Origin: an uncultured archaeon
Lineage (GTDB): Archaea; Aenigmatarchaeota; Aenigmatarchaeia; CG10238-14
DNA length: 64,000 nt
NCBI GenBank assembly: GCA_964347415.1
Contig: CAYFYJ010000022.1
Span: 51,088 to 115,087, forward strand
Direction of reading: 5' to 3'
Below, in pieces: positions 19,920 to 28,939 of the stretch. The first letter of the stretch is position 1, and every line of letters begins with the position of its first letter. Under the pieces are notes generated by a model that saw only the letters and a list, made by a program, of their open reading frames with translations, was not told the DNA's origin and searched no databases. The position numbers and the translations under genes were made by a program.

Positions 19920-20249
19920 TTATATCTTTTTAACGTAGGGTTTCTTGTAAACATCACCACAATTCAAACATTTTATTTTCATAATTTTTTTTTGCGGGCC
20001 GATTCTGATTTTAGCGGTTTTTTTAGTTGTCAACAATTGGTTGCATTTCTTGCAAAACTTTCTTTTTTGCTCTTTAGTTAGCCTGACGTTACATTTCATC
20101 CCTATTTTCCTGGCAAGTTCTACATACCTTCTACTCCTCTCAGGATTTTTCTTCAGTTCTTTCTCTGCCAGATTAAGCAGTATTTCTATCCTTTCCTTAG
20201 CGATTTTCACCTTCTCTGGCGATAGACTTCTAATTCCCCGTCTTTTCAT
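19920..20249 (-). CDS. rpp21: RNase P protein subunit Rpp21 (Rpr2).
   Basis: Basic N-terminal helices plus a C-terminal C4 zinc ribbon (CKKCN…CLNCG). Confidence 0.7.
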   Translation of the reverse strand: MKRRGIRSLSPEKVKIAKERIEILLNLAEKELKKNPERSRRYVELARKIGMKCNVRLTKEQKRKFCKKCNQLLTTKKTAKIRIGPQKKIMKIKCLNCGDVYKKPYVKKI

Positions 20250-20341
20250 TCTAATCCAATATAAAATAGGCCTCTAAGAGGTTATAACCTTTAAAAACTC
20301 TTTCCGAAACCTTTAAATACTTAACGTCTATTGTTCACTAT

Positions 20342-22129
20342 ATGATGGTAAAACATGTCAAATTTATAGCTTTTTTAACCGCTTCCTTATTACTATTGCT
20401 AGGCTCAATTCCTACTGTTTCTGCTGTTGAAGAATGTTACCTTGACATCTATGTGTGGGATCAGGATGACAATGCTTTAGATGCTAATATATATGTTGAT
20501 GGCTCCTACGAAGGTTATAACGATCATATAACTGTTGAAGTCGACGAAGGCACTCATACAGTCGAAGCAACAAGATCTGATTATGATTCAGATTCTGAGA
20601 CAGTAACATGCTCATGCGACGAAACAAAAAGAGTAGATTTAAAATTAAACAGAGACTCTGATGAAATCAGGTTGGAATTAGGCAGTTTGGATGTTGATCC
20701 TGATAATATATGCAGGGATGAGGATGAAACCATTGATTTGTCAATCCGTGTGACCCTAGAATCCGGCCCCGATAATACAGAAATAACAACCAGATTCTAC
20801 ATTGAAGATGATTATGATGATTGGGATTATTTGGGCAAAGACGAACAAAATTTGGATGAAGGTCAAACAAGAACCTTTGAAATAGAGTATGATTATGATT
20901 ATGATGATCTGGAAGAAGGTCGTCATGATGTAAAAGCCGTTGTGGCAGCTGGAGACGTAAAAATAACTGAGTATGCTGATTTAGACGTTGATGATTGTGA
21001 TGGGGAAGCGAGAGTGAACGTTGGTTACATAAATTTAGAACCTTCAAATCCTGATAAAGGCGATATAGTCGAAGTAAAAGTTCCTGTAACCCTGGAATCC
21101 AGTGAAGACGATTCAGATAGAGTTTATGTCTATGCTTACATAGATGATGATAAATTCTACACTACCAGTAAAATCCTGGATGAAGACCAGACTTACAGGT
21201 TCAAGTTCACTTTCGATACTGATGATTATTCAACTGGTTCCCATAAGATAAAAGTAAAGGCAAAAGTTGATGATGAGACAGATACTTCAACAAGATCCTT
21301 CACTATAGGAAAAATATTCGGTGAAGAACAAGATCACTGCTTATCGATCGATAACATAAGAACAGATAAACCCTTGCAACCGGGTTTGAGTGTTAAAATA
21401 CTCATTGATGTGATGAGTTGTGGAGATGCTGATGAAGATGAAGTTAAAGCTAAAGTAGAAGCTTTCTCCAAAACCTATTATACTGGTTTTTTTGATATAG
21501 TTTCAAGGCAAACCAAAGAAGTATTTATTCCAGTTTCAGTTCCTGATGATGCTTCGGGCAAGCAAACCATTAGAGTTACTGTATGGAATGACGAAACTAC
21601 GGATTCATGGTCAAAGGATTTTGTTGTTTCTACAGGAATTCCATTCATTGAAATTAAGAAAGAGTTTGCTGTTGAGGAATGTGAGACTGAAGAAATCAAA
21701 CTTACTGTTGTGAACATAGGTGAAGTCACAGATGCTTTTACTCTTTCAGTATCAGGTCCTGTAGCAGAATGGATAACTGGAATACCAGAAGCCGTTGAAC
21801 TTGAACCAGACGAGAGAAAGACCATTACTGCTTATGTATCTGTTCCATGCGATACAGAATCAGGCTATTATGAGTTCACTATCACTGCTGAGAGTTCACC
21901 AAAATATTCTACTACTTCGAGTGTCCATGTTGTAAGACCATGGGTATGGCCTATGTTTTCATTACCGACAGGTTTCTTCTGGTTTACAGGAATTTGGTTA
22001 TGGTTACCTTGGTTGTTACTTCTATTGTTCATAATATTCATCATATTCTTGCTGTTAGTTCTTGGTGGAAATTTTAACAGTAGACGTAGACCAATGTTTG
22101 ACTGCCCTATTGGCAGTAACCATTGCTGA
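20342..22129 (+). CDS. Large acidic cell-surface protein with an N-terminal signal and a C-terminal TM anchor (S-layer/adhesin-like).
   Basis: 595 aa. It has a signal peptide, Asp/Glu/Tyr-rich beta-rich repeats, a C-terminal hydrophobic helix (LWLPWLLLLLFIIFIIFLLLVLGG) and a basic tail. Confidence 0.5.
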   Translation: MMVKHVKFIAFLTASLLLLLGSIPTVSAVEECYLDIYVWDQDDNALDANIYVDGSYEGYNDHITVEVDEGTHTVEATRSDYDSDSETVTCSCDETKRVDLKLNRDSDEIRLELGSLDVDPDNICRDEDETIDLSIRVTLESGPDNTEITTRFYIEDDYDDWDYLGKDEQNLDEGQTRTFEIEYDYDYDDLEEGRHDVKAVVAAGDVKITEYADLDVDDCDGEARVNVGYINLEPSNPDKGDIVEVKVPVTLESSEDDSDRVYVYAYIDDDKFYTTSKILDEDQTYRFKFTFDTDDYSTGSHKIKVKAKVDDETDTSTRSFTIGKIFGEEQDHCLSIDNIRTDKPLQPGLSVKILIDVMSCGDADEDEVKAKVEAFSKTYYTGFFDIVSRQTKEVFIPVSVPDDASGKQTIRVTVWNDETTDSWSKDFVVSTGIPFIEIKKEFAVEECETEEIKLTVVNIGEVTDAFTLSVSGPVAEWITGIPEAVELEPDERKTITAYVSVPCDTESGYYEFTITAESSPKYSTTSSVHVVRPWVWPMFSLPTGFFWFTGIWLWLPWLLLLLFIIFIIFLLLVLGGNFNSRRRPMFDCPIGSNHC

Positions 22130-22500
22130 TGAAAATGACCGAAGAACCTACCGAAGAACCTTATAGAGGAAAACATAGAAATGCACTGGCGGCTTTGGGG
22201 TATAGGTTTCCTTCTCATGGCGGTAAATTATTGGAAGCCCTACTTGGCGAAGTGCTGACTAATAGGATAAAAATAACAACTAATTGGGTTGAAAAAGAAA
22301 AAGCATTAATTTTAGATGTTCGAACAAAGCCATTCGAAGGGCCATCGGCTCATCTACAAAGATATCGAGTATCTGAGGAAACAAAAAATGGACAACCAGT
22401 AATACTTTTAGAAGAAATAGGAGTTGTTTATACCCAATCAAAGGCAACTGATTATGGTCGTAAAATATTGGGAATTCCAACCAAAGAACCCAAAAGTTAA
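22123..22500 (+). CDS. Hypothetical protein.
   Basis: ORF only. Amino acid composition is atypical for this genome. Confidence 0.25.
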   Translation: MLMKMTEEPTEEPYRGKHRNALAALGYRFPSHGGKLLEALLGEVLTNRIKITTNWVEKEKALILDVRTKPFEGPSAHLQRYRVSEETKNGQPVILLEEIGVVYTQSKATDYGRKILGIPTKEPKS

Positions 22501-22510
22501 GATTTTTTGA

Positions 22511-22586
22511 AGCCTCAGCCGGGATTTGAACCCGGGATCTCCGCATTACCAGTGCGGCGCTTTAACCAGACTGTAGCTACTGAGGC
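22511..22586 (-). tRNA. tRNA-Thr (anticodon GGU).
   Basis: GC-rich cloverleaf. Acceptor GCCUCAG/CUGAGGC, anticodon stem CCGCA/UGCGG with loop CUGGUAA, T-arm GGGUUCAAAUCCC. Confidence 0.75.
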
Positions 22587-22736
22587 ACTGATAAAGATTC
22601 TGATTCAAAACTTATAATTTTTTCCACGCTTTTGATTTTAAATCATCTTCACTATCCTATACAAAAAGTTTCTGGATAAAAAGTCTAGAGAATTGAAAAA
22701 GAAAAGCTTAAATCCTTAACTGTTATTCGCTTTTCT

Positions 22737-23075
22737 ATGAGCAGAAAAAGATTCGCGCCACTCATAAATCTTGCTTATGCAGGAGTATGTACTATTGAAT
22801 CAATTCTAAGATATCCTTTTGATCCACAAGGATCTAGTGATGCAGCATTAGCCGCTTTTTATCATTTACATTCAGGAGTAAGTCCCTATCTTGCTGAAAA
22901 CGGTTTGATTAATGCTGGTAATGCGTCTGCAAATTTAATGTGGTTAGGAGTCGATTTAGCTCTATTAAACCGTAGACCTTCAACTTCAATAACTTATAAT
23001 CTTTCTCCTTTAGTACAGGGTGTTCAGGTCGCAAGTAACTCAGTTGAAGCTTTACATAAAAAGGGAAAAAAATAA
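22737..23075 (+). CDS. Hypothetical protein (Ala/Ser/Gly-rich, atypical composition).
   Basis: ORF only. It lies in the tRNA-adjacent accessory region. Confidence 0.2.
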   Translation: MSRKRFAPLINLAYAGVCTIESILRYPFDPQGSSDAALAAFYHLHSGVSPYLAENGLINAGNASANLMWLGVDLALLNRRPSTSITYNLSPLVQGVQVASNSVEALHKKGKK

Positions 23076-23136
23076 GTTCTCAATTTATTTAAGATTGATT
23101 TTCTTTCCTAAGAACAAAAATCTACTTGGTTCTGAT

Positions 23137-23316
23137 TTATTTATGTCTATTTTCAGTAACTTTTTCTAGAATAATATTCTTGAAGATGATGACTTTATCC
23201 CCTTTACTCACGGAAACAGAGGGGTTGAGTTTAACATTAATTTTTCTGTTTTTGATATCTACGACTGCTTTTCCCCCATCGATATCAACAACTTTTCCTG
23301 TTGATGTCAAGCACAT
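23137..23316 (-). CDS. HypC/HupF-like small protein (59 aa).
   Basis: MCLTSTGKVVDIDGGKAVVDIKNRKINVKL…GDKVIIF aligns with the HypC N-terminal MC…IDG…A.VD… pattern. Its ATG directly abuts the stop of the upstream Cas4-like gene. Not in the ORF track. Confidence 0.4.
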   Translation of the reverse strand: MCLTSTGKVVDIDGGKAVVDIKNRKINVKLNPSVSVSKGDKVIIFKNIILEKVTENRHK

Positions 23317-24180
23317 TTAACTCGCCTTAACATCTTTTTTCTTAAAACATAATATTTTGAAATCACAAAAATCACAGAGTCTTGATTCCTTTTTTGAGAA
23401 TTCGCTGATCACAGGTTTCTTCCCTCTGATCAAACTTATATCGCCCTTTATTTCTTCAATGTCTCTTTCAGAAATGGGATAGAAAACGCTTTCTCCTGTC
23501 CTCAAGTAATAGAATGATATGTGCTTTGGCATCTCTTTGAACAGCTCGTTCCAAAGGAATGCATATGCTTTACCCTGTTTCAAATGGCCATCCGGAATAA
23601 AATGAGGCAATGCACATTTTGATGTTTTGTAATCCACGATGGCTATTCCCTTTCCGAATAAGCTCATCGTTTTATCCACGAATCCTTTTATATTTTCCCC
23701 TTCTATCTCTAATTTCATCTCCATGTCTTTCGGATAAAAAAACCTCTTTATATCCCGTTCAAACCATTTCGAATTTTTATCCAACTCCTTCATCTTATTC
23801 ATTAAGGAATACGCCAATTTTATCGCATAGAAATCCAAGAACTCTTTAGTTTCGTTCAAAAATCTTGTCTTCTGGGTCTGATTCTTGAAACAATCATCAT
23901 AAAGCTTTCCAATCTGTTTCCACTCAGTTTCTAAGAGAGAGAATAAAGCTTTCCTGAATTTTTCCCACACTTCCTGCCAATTGCTTCCTTCCTCGATATC
24001 AGTCAAATCAATAAAAGTGAAGAAATGTTCCAACACACGATGTACTATCTTACCTCTGACCATCGATGGTTTAGGTTTTTCTTTTATTTCCCGAATGTAG
24101 ATGTAATAGAACTTTCTAGGACATTCATAGAAACATGCAATACCAGTCGGGGAAAGTCTAATGTTATTCTGCTTTTTCAT
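23317..24180 (-). CDS. Cas4-family (DUF83, RecB-like PD-(D/E)xK) nuclease with a 4-Cys Fe-S cluster; standalone.
   Basis: N-terminal …CFYECPRKFYY…, nuclease motif …IAIVDYKTSK…, QxxxY (KQGKAY), C-terminal CDFCDFKILC (Cx2Cx5C). Confidence 0.6.
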   Translation of the reverse strand: MKKQNNIRLSPTGIACFYECPRKFYYIYIREIKEKPKPSMVRGKIVHRVLEHFFTFIDLTDIEEGSNWQEVWEKFRKALFSLLETEWKQIGKLYDDCFKNQTQKTRFLNETKEFLDFYAIKLAYSLMNKMKELDKNSKWFERDIKRFFYPKDMEMKLEIEGENIKGFVDKTMSLFGKGIAIVDYKTSKCALPHFIPDGHLKQGKAYAFLWNELFKEMPKHISFYYLRTGESVFYPISERDIEEIKGDISLIRGKKPVISEFSKKESRLCDFCDFKILCFKKKDVKAS

Positions 24181-24222
24181 AGAACCACGAGTATTATGTT
24201 ATTATGTCTGAACTAATTAATA

Positions 24223-24897
24223 TTATTGTCTGATGGCTTCAGCAAAATCGACTAAAACATCTTCTGGGTTCGCTGCCTTAACAACACCAGATGCTGGTAT
24301 TACCCCCACAGTTCCTAACTCCAATGCTCTCTTAACATCCGCGCCTTTTGATATACCGGCCCCGCAGAGAATATTTATGTTTGAGTTGATTCTCTTAACT
24401 TCATCGACTACTTTTTTAACAACCTCTGGTTTTGTCTGTGATACAGGTATCCCAGTGCCGATGAGTTCTGGGGGCTCATAAGCAATAAAATCTGGATTAA
24501 ACTTCGCTATCTCTTTACTCTCATCAACACTCGCAGAACAACAAACAGAAATCAACTTATAATTTTTCGTGAGTTCAACACATTTCCCTATCTTATCCAG
24601 ATCTAACGTTCTCTCCGAATGGTTTATCAAAGTTCCGATGGCTCCAGCCTCTTTTACTGATAATGCCGTTATGTGCCCTGTATGAGCTCCTACCTCGATC
24701 GGGTCAATATGTTGAGAAAAAACTGGTATTTCTAGTTCATCTGCTATCGTTTTGATATCAACAAATTGTGGAGCGACTGAAATGTTTAACCCATATTCGA
24801 ACGATATAAATTCACATAGTTTGGCTAGTCGGAATGCCTTTTCTCCTGTTCCTTCATCATAACATTTGAAATTTACTAAAATTATCGGAAGTTTCAT
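24223..24897 (-). CDS. tpiA: Triosephosphate isomerase, archaeal short type.
   Basis: …ILVNFKCY…, …GHSERT…, …CGAGIS…. Probable start is the internal Met MKLPIIL. Confidence 0.8.
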   Translation of the reverse strand: MKLPIILVNFKCYDEGTGEKAFRLAKLCEFISFEYGLNISVAPQFVDIKTIADELEIPVFSQHIDPIEVGAHTGHITALSVKEAGAIGTLINHSERTLDLDKIGKCVELTKNYKLISVCCSASVDESKEIAKFNPDFIAYEPPELIGTGIPVSQTKPEVVKKVVDEVKRINSNINILCGAGISKGADVKRALELGTVGVIPASGVVKAANPEDVLVDFAEAIRQ

Positions 24898-24901
24898 ATT
24901 A

Positions 24902-25594
24902 TCACCCCATTTCAATTATTCTGGCCTCTCCTTTTGATTTTTTAATCTTCAACATATCCCCCTTCTTGATCGAGATCATTCTATCATTGTTATCTGCTGT
25001 GACTAAACCATGGCCCCTAAGAACTTCTACTTCGACAACGGAATCTCCATCCAATATCAAAGGTTTCCTAGCTTCTTTAGAGTTGTTGAATGCCAACCCC
25101 AAACCCTTAGCGAATTTCTTTTTTGTGATTGAGTAGAAATAACCAGTGCTCCCATAAGGAGTCGTGACTACGATTCCATCTCCGATCACTCTATCCCCCA
25201 CAACTTTATTGTTTACTTTTACTCGCAACCTGATAGTCTTAATCGGAATTTTATGATGAATACAGATTTCGTTCAAACCGATTAATTTTTTTTCAGGATC
25301 GTTGTTGACAATACCTTCGACTTTAATTTCTTTGATTATTTTGTATTTCTTTTTTTTCAAGGCGTTCAACACTTTCGAGAAATCATGTTCCCCTACTTTG
25401 CATTTTTCACAGATTTTGCTGTGTCTTATCAGGATTCTTGGAATTCCAGGATAAATCCTCTCAGCATATAAAGCTGTTCCATCCCCACCGATAGATATCA
25501 CAACATCAGGATCCTTCTTGTCTGACTTCAAACCATACTCTGACAATCTGTTTTCAATTAATTTTCTGGCTAAACCGACAACAGCTATTTTCAT
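24902..25594 (-). CDS. ppnK: NAD+ kinase.
   Basis: GGDGT motif (ISIGGDGTALYA) and NAD kinase C-terminal region. Confidence 0.7.
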   Translation of the reverse strand: MKIAVVGLARKLIENRLSEYGLKSDKKDPDVVISIGGDGTALYAERIYPGIPRILIRHSKICEKCKVGEHDFSKVLNALKKKKYKIIKEIKVEGIVNNDPEKKLIGLNEICIHHKIPIKTIRLRVKVNNKVVGDRVIGDGIVVTTPYGSTGYFYSITKKKFAKGLGLAFNNSKEARKPLILDGDSVVEVEVLRGHGLVTADNNDRMISIKKGDMLKIKKSKGEARIIEMG

Positions 25595-25598
25595 AAAA

Positions 25599-26744
25599 TC
25601 ATTTCATGGCTTTTTTCACTCTTTCTTGAGCTATCTTCATCGCAGCATCTCTCGGACTTAACTTTTCTTTCTTAGCTTTATCTAGGACAAGCTTAGTATT
25701 CTTTTTTTCCTTCTCTTCGACTAGTTTAAACATCTGTTTCGGCGTTCCACCACTGTACTCAACATAAGATGAAATCACACCGCCTGCATTGGCAACAAAA
25801 TCGGGTATTACTAAAACCCCTTTCTGATGTAATATCTTTTCGATATCATGTGGAATCGGTATATTTGCTCCCTCAACGATTATTTTCGTTTCAACTCTAT
25901 CAACGTTATTTTTTGTAATAACATCTGCAACTGCAGCTGGAATAAAAATGTCGGCTGGCAACTCCAAAATCATATCACACTTGTAAGTTTGGCCAGGATG
26001 CATGTCTCTTGATTTTACTGTCTTTGTTGAATAATTAATAACACTACCAGTTTCTTCTTTTATCTTGATCAACTTTTCAATATCTATCCCCTCTGGAACA
26101 TTTAAACAACCTTTAGAATCAGATATAGAAACTATTTTTGCTCCAACTTCTGATAAGAATTTTGCCGCGAACATCCCAACATTACCAAAACCTTGGATAG
26201 CTACTGTGGCATCTCTTATATTCAAGCCATGATGTTTGGCAGCTACGAGTGTAGAATGAAAAACTCCAAACCCAGTTGAACCCAATTCATGTGGTATTCC
26301 CCCAAGCTTCTTTGGTTTTCCGGTACATGCTTTCATGGATCCGTTGGCCTTAGCAAACCATTTCATCTCTTCTTCTGCCGTGTTCATGTCAGGAGCAGCA
26401 ACATACATAGAGGGACAAACAGGTTTTAAAGATTTTGAAAAAGCTTCAACTATTGCCTTTTTTTGTTCTTTCGAAATTTTTCTGTCGTCGCTAATTATTC
26501 CAGATTTTGCCCCACCAAACGGTAATTCAGCCAAAGCACACTTCCATGTCATTGCTCTCGCAAGTCTAAAAACTTCTTCAACATCAACATCGGGCCTAAA
26601 TCTTATCCCGCCCTTCCCAGGACCTAATGCAGTATTATCGATTACAAGAATCCCCTTCATCCCTGTCTTAGGATCATAAGTCTGAACAATTTTTTCTGGT
26701 CCCCATTCATCTGCAAAATCATAACATTCCATACGATTAACCAC
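25599..26744 (-). CDS. Glu/Leu/Phe/Val dehydrogenase family protein (GDH-like).
   Basis: …GGIRF…, GGAKSGI, and a GFGNVG Rossmann motif. Confidence 0.7.
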   Translation of the reverse strand: MVNRMECYDFADEWGPEKIVQTYDPKTGMKGILVIDNTALGPGKGGIRFRPDVDVEEVFRLARAMTWKCALAELPFGGAKSGIISDDRKISKEQKKAIVEAFSKSLKPVCPSMYVAAPDMNTAEEEMKWFAKANGSMKACTGKPKKLGGIPHELGSTGFGVFHSTLVAAKHHGLNIRDATVAIQGFGNVGMFAAKFLSEVGAKIVSISDSKGCLNVPEGIDIEKLIKIKEETGSVINYSTKTVKSRDMHPGQTYKCDMILELPADIFIPAAVADVITKNNVDRVETKIIVEGANIPIPHDIEKILHQKGVLVIPDFVANAGGVISSYVEYSGGTPKQMFKLVEEKEKKNTKLVLDKAKKEKLSPRDAAMKIAQERVKKAMK

Positions 26745-27696
26745 CTATCTCCTTGAACTTTCTCCAATCTATTATTATCTCGGCCTTTATCCCATGCAAA
26801 TAATTGTAAGCCATTAAACCAGCTTTAGCTCCTTCACCTGCCGCTACGACGATTTGTTTAAAGGGTGTGTTATCAACATCACCGGCGGCAAACACGCCTG
26901 GTCGAGAAGTTTCACAATTATTGTTGACTTTTATATAACCATTTTTATCCAGTTTCACTAAATCTTTAACAAAGTCGGTTTTAACTACAGAACCTATTTC
27001 GATAAACGCACCATCAACCTTTATTTCCTTTCTCCCACCAGTTTTTCTACTTTCGACTATCATGGATTTTAAAAATTTATTTCCTTTAAATTCTACCGCT
27101 ATATAACTCAGAACTAGTTCAATGTTTCTCTTTTTCTTTACTTTTTCAATTTCAGCTTCAAATCCTCTAAATTCATCTCTCCTATGTACAAGATAAACTT
27201 TTTTTGCGATTTTACATAATAACAAAGCTGCATCTAAAGCAGCATTACCACCGCCTATTACAGCGACTGTCTTATCTCTGAAGAGTGGAGCGTCGCAAGT
27301 TGCACAGTAAGAAATACCCTTACCGGTAAATTTTTCTTCGCCAGGAATGTCTAAAGTTCTAGGAATCTTTCCGAATGCCAAAATCAATGTTCTTGCCTCA
27401 TAATTTTTATTACTCGTTGTCTTTACGACAAAATTCTTTTTCTTCGGCGTTGCCCCAACAACTTCTTCGAATATTATTTTAACGCCAAAATCCCTTACTT
27501 GTTCCTCAAATTTCTGGATTAATTTGTAACCTTCAATCTTTTCAAAACCAGGATAATTTTCTATGTGTGGTGTTTCAGACACCTGATCACTCAAACCTTT
27601 ACTCAAAACCAAAGTTTTCAAATTCCTTCTAGAGGCGTAAATAGCAGCTGTTAATCCAGCTGGACCTGCTCCTATTACAATGGTATCGTACAACAT
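26737..27696 (-). CDS. trxB: Thioredoxin reductase.
   Basis: FAD motif GAGPAG, redox CATC, NADPH motif GGGNAA. Confidence 0.8.
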   Translation of the reverse strand: MLYDTIVIGAGPAGLTAAIYASRRNLKTLVLSKGLSDQVSETPHIENYPGFEKIEGYKLIQKFEEQVRDFGVKIIFEEVVGATPKKKNFVVKTTSNKNYEARTLILAFGKIPRTLDIPGEEKFTGKGISYCATCDAPLFRDKTVAVIGGGNAALDAALLLCKIAKKVYLVHRRDEFRGFEAEIEKVKKKRNIELVLSYIAVEFKGNKFLKSMIVESRKTGGRKEIKVDGAFIEIGSVVKTDFVKDLVKLDKNGYIKVNNNCETSRPGVFAAGDVDNTPFKQIVVAAGEGAKAGLMAYNYLHGIKAEIIIDWRKFKEIGG

Positions 27697-27703
27697 TTAC
27701 CAC

Positions 27704-27952
27704 CTATTTTAATTTTAATGTTTCTTTTAATGCTGTCACATTATATCCGACTATGATCTTACCATCCACATCTATTACAGGAACACCCATCTGACCAGAT
27801 TTTTCTATCATCTCTTGTGCGGCCTTTTGATCTTTAGATACATCAATATCTTCAAATTTTACATTGTTATTTTTTAAAAATTCCTTCGTCATCTGACAGT
27901 ATGGGCAAATGGGTGTACTATAGACCTTTACTACCATAACATCACGTGTCAA
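27704..27952 (-). CDS. Glutaredoxin/NrdH-like small redoxin.
   Basis: CPYC motif in an 82-aa thioredoxin fold. Confidence 0.7.
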   Translation of the reverse strand: MTRDVMVVKVYSTPICPYCQMTKEFLKNNNVKFEDIDVSKDQKAAQEMIEKSGQMGVPVIDVDGKIIVGYNVTALKETLKLK

Positions 27953-27967
27953 TATTTAGGGATTATC

Positions 27968-28810
27968 TTATTTTAATTTTATTACATTAGGAATTTCATC
28001 TATTAAATCCGATGCCATCGAGCCTTCTCCTAATTTTTTGGCAACCATATCACCGGCTTTGCCGTTAATGTAACATGCGGCGCAAGCGGCTTCGAAAGGA
28101 TCAATCCCTCTAGCCAACAAAGCCCCACAAATCCCAGTTAAAGTATCTCCTGTTCCCCCAACTGTTAAGAAAGGATTACCAGTTTTATTTATCGCTACTT
28201 GTTTTCCGTCTGAAATCACGTCAACGTAACCCTTCAAGAGAATGATACAACCTAACTTGGAAGCTCCTTTTTTAACTAAGTTTATTCTCTTCTTCGTATC
28301 TGAATCTGGTTTCTTACCGGTTAAAACATAGAATTCAAACGAGTGTGGAGTGAGTATAAAATTCTTTCTCAACACTTTTTTATCAGTAGCAACCGCATGA
28401 ATCGCATCCGCATCTATGACGCAAGGTGAAGTCAGTCCTCTCAATATTCTTTTGATTGTAGTTAATGTCTCCTCATTCCTTTCCAAACCTCCACCTATAG
28501 CTACTGCATTAGAGTCTTCAGCTAGAATAAAAATGTCACCTAGGTGACTCTCATTCAGGTAATCACCTTCTAAGGGATAGGTAATCAAATCTGGAGAGAA
28601 AGATGCAATTATATCTGCAGCCCGTCTTGGAGCAGCTATCGTCACTAGATCTACTCCAGTCCTGTAAGCAGCTAGAGCATTGAATGTTGGTGAACCAGAA
28701 TATCTTTTACTACCCCCTATTATCAACAAACTGCCAAAATCACCCTTATGACTCCATTTCCCTCTCGGTTTGAACATCTTTTTAATCAATTTTTTATCAA
28801 CCGTTTTCAT
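27968..28810 (-). CDS. ADP-dependent NAD(P)H-hydrate dehydratase (YjeF C-terminal/Nnr).
   Basis: GGTGDTLTG motif; carbohydrate-kinase-like fold. Confidence 0.7.
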   Translation of the reverse strand: MKTVDKKLIKKMFKPRGKWSHKGDFGSLLIIGGSKRYSGSPTFNALAAYRTGVDLVTIAAPRRAADIIASFSPDLITYPLEGDYLNESHLGDIFILAEDSNAVAIGGGLERNEETLTTIKRILRGLTSPCVIDADAIHAVATDKKVLRKNFILTPHSFEFYVLTGKKPDSDTKKRINLVKKGASKLGCIILLKGYVDVISDGKQVAINKTGNPFLTVGGTGDTLTGICGALLARGIDPFEAACAACYINGKAGDMVAKKLGEGSMASDLIDEIPNVIKLK

Positions 28811-28939
28811 AGGACCACCTAATATATTAGTTGTTATTAGTTATATAAAATCTTGAAATTACTCAGGAAAAATTTTATAACCAACAAAAGATAAATTAAA
28901 ATAGGGTATTGACCCTAAAAAATCGATTAATTTAAAAGT

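Noticed and set aside
22737-23075. A possible structured RNA (RNase P or SRP RNA) downstream of tRNA-Thr. There are weak resemblances to RNase P CR-I/CR-II (AGGAGUAAGUCC, GAAAACGGU…GGUAAUGCG).
   Set aside because: The P4 pairing partner and the GGGCAG/ACAGAA elements are absent, and the region is not GC-rich like the tRNAs. I left it as a low-confidence ORF.
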